Origin: a virus
Reading direction: 5' to 3' (one strand)
DNA: 64,000 nucleotides
Virus record (IMG/VR): IMGVR_UViG_3300028416_000485
The stretch's first letter is position 1. Every line of letters begins with the position of its first letter. Under the pieces are notes generated by a model. It saw only the letters and a program-made list of their open reading frames with translations, was not told where the DNA came from and made no database searches. Made by a program: the position numbers and the translations under genes. This document shows, piece after piece, positions 57,822-64,000 of this stretch.

Positions 57822-57848
57822 AAAAAGGGCTCTACAGGCCCTTTTTTT
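57822..57848 (+). terminator. Intrinsic terminator
   Basis: AAAAAGGGCT-ctaca-GGCCCTTTTTTT. Confidence 0.8.
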
Positions 57849-57876
57849 ACGAATACAGTAACCATTTTTTAAACTT

Positions 57877-57884
57877 GATAAATA
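57877..57884 (+). promoter_or_regulatory. Late promoter (GATAAATA)
   Basis: Follows the terminator, upstream of AGGAGG SD and ATG at 57961. Confidence 0.6.
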
Positions 57885-57960
57885 ACTGAGTAGCAATTTT
57901 TATTGTTTTACATCGGGCATCTTCGGATCTGACCCATACCTAAATAGGAGGCAGTTGCAC

Positions 57961-60900
57961 ATGGCAACAACAATTAGACACAAGCGAAGTGCGGTCGCTG
58001 GTAAGAAACCAACTATAGCACAACTTCAAAGTGGTGAACTAGCATTAAACACAGCAGACGGTAAAGTATATTTACTACGTGATGATAACACGGTTCAGGA
58101 TATTACTAAACGTATCTTTGAAGGCAACTCAGAAATTAAGATTGACGATTTAGCTGATAGTACAGAAGCAGCAATCACAATGACAGTTAATGATGTTGAT
58201 AAGATGACTATTACAAATGCCGGATTTAATATTAAAGATAATATTGATATTGAAGACGCCGGCAAGTTAACATTTAGAGAACTTACTGCTTCTGGTGAAG
58301 ATGGTGTTAGTATTAAAGCACCAAATACATTAGATGCTGGCTACCAACTAACCTTGCCTCCAAACTCGGGTTCAATTGGTCAGCTAATGTCTGTTGATGC
58401 TAACGGAAACTTGAGTTTTAGTGATGCTGATATTTTTGGTGGTAATGTTATTTACGTGTCTCAAGAACAAGGCGATGATGAAAACGACGGACAAAGTGCT
58501 CCGGTTAAAACTATTAAACGTGCTTGTCAACTAGCCTCTGCACAAGTATATAATGCAGACAGTACTATTAACTTTAAACGTATTAACATCAAAGTTGCTG
58601 TTGGTGACTATACAGAAGACAATCCAGTTATTGTTCCTGATAACACAGTTATCAAAGGTGACGGTTTACGTGGTTGTATTATTCGTCCTGCTAATGCTAA
58701 CTTGGACATGCTACGAGTTCGTAACGCTTGTTACTTTGGTGAATTTACATTCCGTGACGGTGTTGACTCAAACTTTGTTCCACTTATTACAGCTGACTAC
58801 GCTGTTGCATTCGATGATCCAGATGCTACTGATATTCCAGATCGTGCAGACTATCCAAACTTGCCGAGCACAAAACCAACTATTACAACATCACCGTATA
58901 TTCAGAACGCTAGTATTATTTCGTTCTTAGGCATGAACGGCGCTAAGATTGACGGTAGTAAAGTTGAATCTCCAAACGTACCATTTAATCAAATTGAAGC
59001 AGAGAATCCGGTTGTTGGAGCCATACCTGAACAAGGTAAATCAATGGTTGCTAACGCCTTTACTATTCTATCATTTGGTGGTACAGCGTGGCGACTAACC
59101 AACGATGCTTATGCACAGATCGTGTCTTGTTTTGAAATCTTCCTGCTCAACGGTGTTTATACACAGTCAGGTGGTTATTGTTCCATTACTAACTCCGCGA
59201 CAAACTTTGGTTTGTATGCGTTGAGATCAAGTGGTTACTCACCTAAAGCGTTCCAGTTTGACAGAGCATTTGTAACAGCAACAGGTCAAAGTGAAGGTAA
59301 GCAAACTATTACTATTGCTGGTATTAATCGTGATACACCAGTTGAAGAATTTGTATTACGTTTTAGAGAACCAGATTATAAAACAGCACATGATTTATTA
59401 AAACTCAATAAAGATATTATTGCTAATGATGTAGTCACTTGGATTAATGCACAAATTGCAGCAGCTTCTCCAAGTATATGGGCAGGGTTTACATATAACG
59501 AAGATAAGTGTAGACGAGATGTTCAAAGATTGATCGATGCTGTAAGATACGATTTCTTGTTTAACAGTAATCACAGAAGTGTTAGTGCAGCATTAAGATA
59601 TTTTAGTGGATCATTTGCTGGCAATGTATTTGCTGCACAAAAAGATCAACATATTGCAGCATTTGGCCAAGCTAAAGCATTTACAGCAAATGCCCTTCCG
59701 GATCCAACTGCAACTAGCAGAGCAAATGCACTTTGGGACGAAATTATTGATATCGTAACTAATGGAGATGCAAATACTGTTCCGGGTGATAGTGTTGCAG
59801 CAGCATATTCACGCCCTCTACCAACTGGCGGCACAAATAACGCTAGTGATGCAGGATTTGAAAATGCAGTATTACAAATAAATGCAAACAAGACATTTTT
59901 ACAAAAAGAACTTACTGCTTGGTTAAACGCAGAGATTGCTGCTGCAAACCCACCGTTTGAATCAGGATTTGTTTATAATGAAGCCAAGTGTGAAAGAGAC
60001 ACAGGACTTATTATTGACGCACTTTCTTATGATTTAACATACGGCGGCAACTTACAAACATTGGTTGCATCACTAGCATACTTTATAGACGGAGTAGCAC
60101 AGTACGGCACAGGACAACAAGAAGAAACTGTTGCAGCCTATGGTAGATTAAAAGAAGCAATACAACAAGTTATACAAGAACAATCAGTTACTGTAACTGC
60201 AGGTAACACTGAAACACAAGATGTATCAGGAACAGCTGGTAGTGAAGCTGCTGCCGACTATGCCGCAGATAGAATTGATGAAATTATTGATTATCTAAAT
60301 AGTGCAGGCGCCACACCGCCAGCAAGAATTGAACCAGACATAACATGGACTACAGCAACATTACAAGATAACTTCAACGGCTTAGGAACTGTTACTCAGA
60401 TTAACATTGCACAAAATGTTACACAGTTTATAAACGAACAAATACAAGCAAATATTTGGTATGGATTTACATATGATTCTGCTAAGTGTAATAGAGACAC
60501 ACAACTTATTGTTGAAGCAGTGGCACAAGATACTTGGGATACTGGTAACAGGTATTCACGTAGTGCTGGTCTTGCATATTACACTGCTAACTTACAAGAC
60601 TCTTCTCGTATTAGTATTAGTGGCCAAGAACTACAGACTATTGCTGCTATTGAGCAAGCAAAAGTTGAAGCATTAAGTTATATTACTAGTGTTAGTTCAG
60701 CCGTACAAGATTTTGCAAGTTCACGTTTTGATATTGTAAATACGATCATAAATGATCCAAATGATTTACCAAATCCAACAGAAGTAAGCAGTGAAGGTGA
60801 CGTTACAAACGACTTTAAAACTACTCCTACTGAAACTACTTTTGATGCTGCTACAGCAGTTAATGCTGAAGTTGATATTATTACGATTGTTGATCACGGC

Positions 60901-63900
60901 TTTTCAAATGGTCAAAAAGTTATATATGATCCAGATGGCAACGCTCCGATCAAAGGACTTGATGCAGAACAAACTTACTATATTAAAATTGTCAACGACG
61001 ACGAGTTTGGTCTAACGTTTGATGAATCAGGAGACTTTGATGTTAATATTATTGCAGCAGGTGCAAATACTCACAAGTTTTTCTCAAATGTTATTGAATT
61101 CTTTGTTGAAGAAATATTAAACTCTCATACAACATACCAGACACTTATATTAGAATCTGGAGCAGAAAGTTATGAGTTTGTTCCTGGTCGTGCTATTTCA
61201 GGTACAACAGGCGTGAATAATAACAGTGCTATTGTTACAAAATGGGAACCAAGAGAACGTAGACTAGTTGTAAGTATTGAACAAGTTGCAGTTGGTTCGA
61301 GTGTTCTTAGAGTTCAGTTTGACGAAACAAGTATTATCGGACAAGATCATGCAAGTAGTCCAAATTCAACTATCGGTGTTAACGAAGTAGCTACAAAGCT
61401 AGGTTTAGGTACAGCAACGTTTACCCTTACTGCTACAGATGGTAGTAGTAGTTTAACTAACACTTCAAATCTTCCAGAAAATCAACTATGGTTCCACAGA
61501 CCAAGTATTGTTAACTCGTCTTCACACACTTGGGAATATGCCGGTTCAGGCGTTGACTACAACGCATTACCGCAAAACGGTGGTAATACAAGAACAGAGT
61601 TTGAACAGTTTGAAGAACTTCCGGGACGTGTTTACTCATCAGGTACAAACGAACTTGGTGACTTTAAAGTTGGTGACTTTATTACAGCGTTCAACAGAAC
61701 AGGTAACATTACCTTTAGAAACAAAGTGCAGGTGGACGAACTTGATGCGTTGAGACTAAGTCTTAGTGATGTTGCTATTGAAGAGATTTCAACTAGTGTT
61801 AACTTAGGTGACGACGAACTTGGCGGTCCAAGTGATGCTCGAATGGTTACACAGTTAGCAGTACGTTCGTTTATTAATAATAGACTTGGCGGCTTTGTTG
61901 ATAAATCAGTTAGTACAGCAGCCGTACCAGGCGCTATTGTTCAGCTTAACACCAACGGTCAGTTGAACGGCGACCTTATTCCGGCTACACGTCAGTTTAC
62001 CAACACTAACACACAAGGTTATCTATCACGACTTGAACAAGTTGATGATATTCCACCAACTGACTTGAAAGCTGGTGATATTGCTACTGAGAACTACGAG
62101 CAAGTTGAACTTACTCTAAGTGGAAATATTTTAAATGTAGCCAACGGCGACACTATTACACAGCCTGGTATTGAAGGTGCTGTTGCATACGCAAAAGGTG
62201 CATATCCATCAAGTGGTAACATACTTGTTGCTAGTGTTCCGGGAGCATGGGACGATACTGATGATAGTACTGGCGACCCATGGGACGTAAGTGGAACAGC
62301 GCCAAACTTGTTTGTTAACGGTGTTGATTCAGGAGTTCGCCCAACTGCAAAAGGTGCAGTATCAGAGATTGTTGATAACTTCTTCTTACGTAGTTCAAAC
62401 AGCAGTCAATTCTTAATACTTGATCCAGATGTTGATTACACATTTACTAGTGCAGTTATCACTAATGTTGCAAGAACAAGTAATATTGCTACAATCACAA
62501 CAAGCGGAGCTCATAACTTACAAATCGACAACAATGTACAGGTACTAGTACCAGATGATACAACATACAACGAAAATACATTAGTATTAAGTATACCAAC
62601 AGCAACTACGTTTACTATTGCAAGTGAAGGCGACAACGAAAGTATAAAATCAGTACCAGGTACTGCACGTACTATTGTTACATCAGCAGATGGTAATGCT
62701 CAAGGCGCAGTGACAGAAGTAAGATATGGCGTGTTAACTGGAGTCGACAACGGAGCTATTACAAGCGGCTCAGGATATACACCTACTAACGGAACACTAG
62801 TATATAAAGACGTAGCATTTACAAACAACTCAGGATCAGGATCTGGTGCAACAGCAGACGTTACTGTTACAGCAGGACAAGTTACCGATGTTGATATAAA
62901 AACAGGCGGTACTGGTTACGACATTGGCGATTTACTTAGTGTTGCTGCATCGAGCGTTGGAGGCACTGGTAGCGGCTTTGAAATAGAAGTTGTAAGTTTT
63001 GAAAAACGTGCATATGTTAATATATTAGGTGGCGAGCTTTATGTTGCTAGTGCATCGAGTATTGACTTTGTTGAAGATAACACAGCAGTACAAAATGCAA
63101 AAACTATTAACTTAGACGACTTTATTGAAAATAACTTCTTAGCTGGTGTTAGCGGATCAGGTGGTGCAGTTAACTATACTGATTCTCGTATTATTGTAAC
63201 AAATCACGGGTTTGAAAATGGTGATCCGGTAACCTATAATACTAATGGTAACGTTGCAATCGGCGGCCTAGTAAACGGTTTAGTTTATTATGCTAAAAAG
63301 ATTGATGCAGATACATTTGAATTGTATTCAGGATTTGCATTGTTAAATCAGATAGACTTTACAAGTACTCCTGCTAACAATGCACACACGCTTACAAGAA
63401 GAACAGTTAATACAGTTGATAATAGTGTTATAACATTAAATCATGGATTTACAACTGGTGATGCTATTAGAGTTGAATCGTTATCAGACGGAAGTTCGTC
63501 AAACGAACTGTTTAGTGTTAATGCAGAAGCTACACCAACAGGCTCAAGATTCTTTGTAGGATCTGTAACAACTAACAGCTATACACTTCACGCACTACGT
63601 AGTGACGCATTGAGTAGTGCTAACGACCTAGTAACCAATCCAAAACTTATTGACGGCATTGGCGTAGGTAGTGCTTTGATTATTCAAAACAACGTACAAG
63701 TTAATGGTGTTATTAATACTTCAAGTAGATTGCTTGCAAACTGGAACACACTTGCTGTGACAAACATTGATGCTGAAAATATTATTTCAGGTACTATTAG
63801 TCCAAGCAGACTTGGAGCAAGTGGTGTTCCAAACAGTGATACAGCATTGTTTGGTGATAGTGCATATAAAAATGTTGTACAAACACTTAAAAAACAAAAT

Positions 63901-64000
63901 ACAACTGACAATCCTATTACACTAACAGGAAGTAGTTCAGGAGGAGAATTCTACGGAGATCCAGTTCAGATTGGTATTGCTAACGTTGACCTTGATCCGC
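57961..64000 (+). CDS. Second giant fibre-like virion protein (over 2000 aa, truncated by the window end; absent from the ORF track), paralog of 48393..57794
   Basis: MATTIRHKRSAVAGKKPTIAQLQSGELALNTADGKVY resembles the T4 gp37 N-terminus. Same beta-helix motifs (TSPYIQN, YAQIVSCF, GGYCSITNS, HTWEYAGSG.DYNALP). Three KCxRD repeats (Cys codons 59509, 59989, 60487). Frame appears open to 64000. Confidence 0.85.
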   Translation, partial: MATTIRHKRSAVAGKKPTIAQLQSGELALNTADGKVYLLRDDNTVQDITKRIFEGNSEIKIDDLADSTEAAITMTVNDVDKMTITNAGFNIKDNIDIEDAGKLTFRELTASGEDGVSIKAPNTLDAGYQLTLPPNSGSIGQLMSVDANGNLSFSDADIFGGNVIYVSQEQGDDENDGQSAPVKTIKRACQLASAQVYNADSTINFKRINIKVAVGDYTEDNPVIVPDNTVIKGDGLRGCIIRPANANLDMLRVRNACYFGEFTFRDGVDSNFVPLITADYAVAFDDPDATDIPDRADYPNLPSTKPTITTSPYIQNASIISFLGMNGAKIDGSKVESPNVPFNQIEAENPVVGAIPEQGKSMVANAFTILSFGGTAWRLTNDAYAQIVSCFEIFLLNGVYTQSGGYCSITNSATNFGLYALRSSGYSPKAFQFDRAFVTATGQSEGKQTITIAGINRDTPVEEFVLRFREPDYKTAHDLLKLNKDIIANDVVTWINAQIAAASPSIWAGFTYNEDKCRRDVQRLIDAVRYDFLFNSNHRSVSAALRYFSGSFAGNVFAAQKDQHIAAFGQAKAFTANALPDPTATSRANALWDEIIDIVTNGDANTVPGDSVAAAYSRPLPTGGTNNASDAGFENAVLQINANKTFLQKELTAWLNAEIAAANPPFESGFVYNEAKCERDTGLIIDALSYDLTYGGNLQTLVASLAYFIDGVAQYGTGQQEETVAAYGRLKEAIQQVIQEQSVTVTAGNTETQDVSGTAGSEAAADYAADRIDEIIDYLNSAGATPPARIEPDITWTTATLQDNFNGLGTVTQINIAQNVTQFINEQIQANIWYGFTYDSAKCNRDTQLIVEAVAQDTWDTGNRYSRSAGLAYYTANLQDSSRISISGQELQTIAAIEQAKVEALSYITSVSSAVQDFASSRFDIVNTIINDPNDLPNPTEVSSEGDVTNDFKTTPTETTFDAATAVNAEVDIITIVDHGFSNGQKVIYDPDGNAPIKGLDAEQTYYIKIVNDDEFGLTFDESGDFDVNIIAAGANTHKFFSNVIEFFVEEILNSHTTYQTLILESGAESYEFVPGRAISGTTGVNNNSAIVTKWEPRERRLVVSIEQVAVGSSVLRVQFDETSIIGQDHASSPNSTIGVNEVATKLGLGTATFTLTATDGSSSLTNTSNLPENQLWFHRPSIVNSSSHTWEYAGSGVDYNALPQNGGNTRTEFEQFEELPGRVYSSGTNELGDFKVGDFITAFNRTGNITFRNKVQVDELDALRLSLSDVAIEEISTSVNLGDDELGGPSDARMVTQLAVRSFINNRLGGFVDKSVSTAAVPGAIVQLNTNGQLNGDLIPATRQFTNTNTQGYLSRLEQVDDIPPTDLKAGDIATENYEQVELTLSGNILNVANGDTITQPGIEGAVAYAKGAYPSSGNILVASVPGAWDDTDDSTGDPWDVSGTAPNLFVNGVDSGVRPTAKGAVSEIVDNFFLRSSNSSQFLILDPDVDYTFTSAVITNVARTSNIATITTSGAHNLQIDNNVQVLVPDDTTYNENTLVLSIPTATTFTIASEGDNESIKSVPGTARTIVTSADGNAQGAVTEVRYGVLTGVDNGAITSGSGYTPTNGTLVYKDVAFTNNSGSGSGATADVTVTAGQVTDVDIKTGGTGYDIGDLLSVAASSVGGTGSGFEIEVVSFEKRAYVNILGGELYVASASSIDFVEDNTAVQNAKTINLDDFIENNFLAGVSGSGGAVNYTDSRIIVTNHGFENGDPVTYNTNGNVAIGGLVNGLVYYAKKIDADTFELYSGFALLNQIDFTSTPANNAHTLTRRTVNTVDNSVITLNHGFTTGDAIRVESLSDGSSSNELFSVNAEATPTGSRFFVGSVTTNSYTLHALRSDALSSANDLVTNPKLIDGIGVGSALIIQNNVQVNGVINTSSRLLANWNTLAVTNIDAENIISGTISPSRLGASGVPNSDTALFGDSAYKNVVQTLKKQNTTDNPITLTGSSSGGEFYGDPVQIGIANVDLDP

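Noticed and set aside
671-63911. Dozens of 60-310-aa ORFs antisense to or nested in the large genes (e.g. 42001..42771, 55325..56254, 34501..35130, 38259..38801)
   Set aside because: Shadow frames of codon-biased real genes; Ser/Pro/Val-rich, no motifs or SD.
1-64000. tRNAs, reverse transcriptase/DGR, inteins, stop-codon reassignment
   Set aside because: None seen by eye. Core genes are of normal length and intact under the standard code, with TAA, TAG and TGA all used as stops.

Overview
64-kb segment of a large, AT-rich, T4-related myovirus (probably a jumbo phage; the host cannot be determined from this window). It has three blocks. (1) 1-27.7 kb, minus strand: baseplate/tail module with gp48/54-, gp53-, gp27-, gp5-, gp25- and gp6-like genes, a 4540-aa wedge protein and tail-collar fibre proteins. 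(2) 27.7-34.5 kb, plus strand: a sigma70-promoter block with a gp55-like late sigma, gp47/gp46 nuclease, a tryptophan-halogenase-like gene, a GIY-YIG nuclease and a ~500-nt highly structured non-coding region. (3) 34.5-64 kb: hub chaperone and tape measure, head module (portal, protease, scaffolds, major capsid), a cold-shock-like gene, a stand-alone rod-shaped sRNA and two giant fibre-like virion proteins. Main observations: (a) the two giant proteins carry 12 and 3 tandem ~140-165-aa helical repeats that align residue for residue, by eye, with the phycobiliprotein chromophore-binding helix (KCxRD-x-GY...TY...GG), 13 of them keeping the bilin-attachment Cys, which suggests phycobiliprotein-like arrays on a virion; (b) a pseudoknotted large ncRNA behind the GIY-YIG gene; (c) a 6S-like sRNA with its own sigma70 promoter and terminator; (d) a probable programmed -1 frameshift (T TTT TTC plus hairpin) in the gp26-like gene beside the tape measure. 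All homology calls come from motif recognition by eye; no searches were run.
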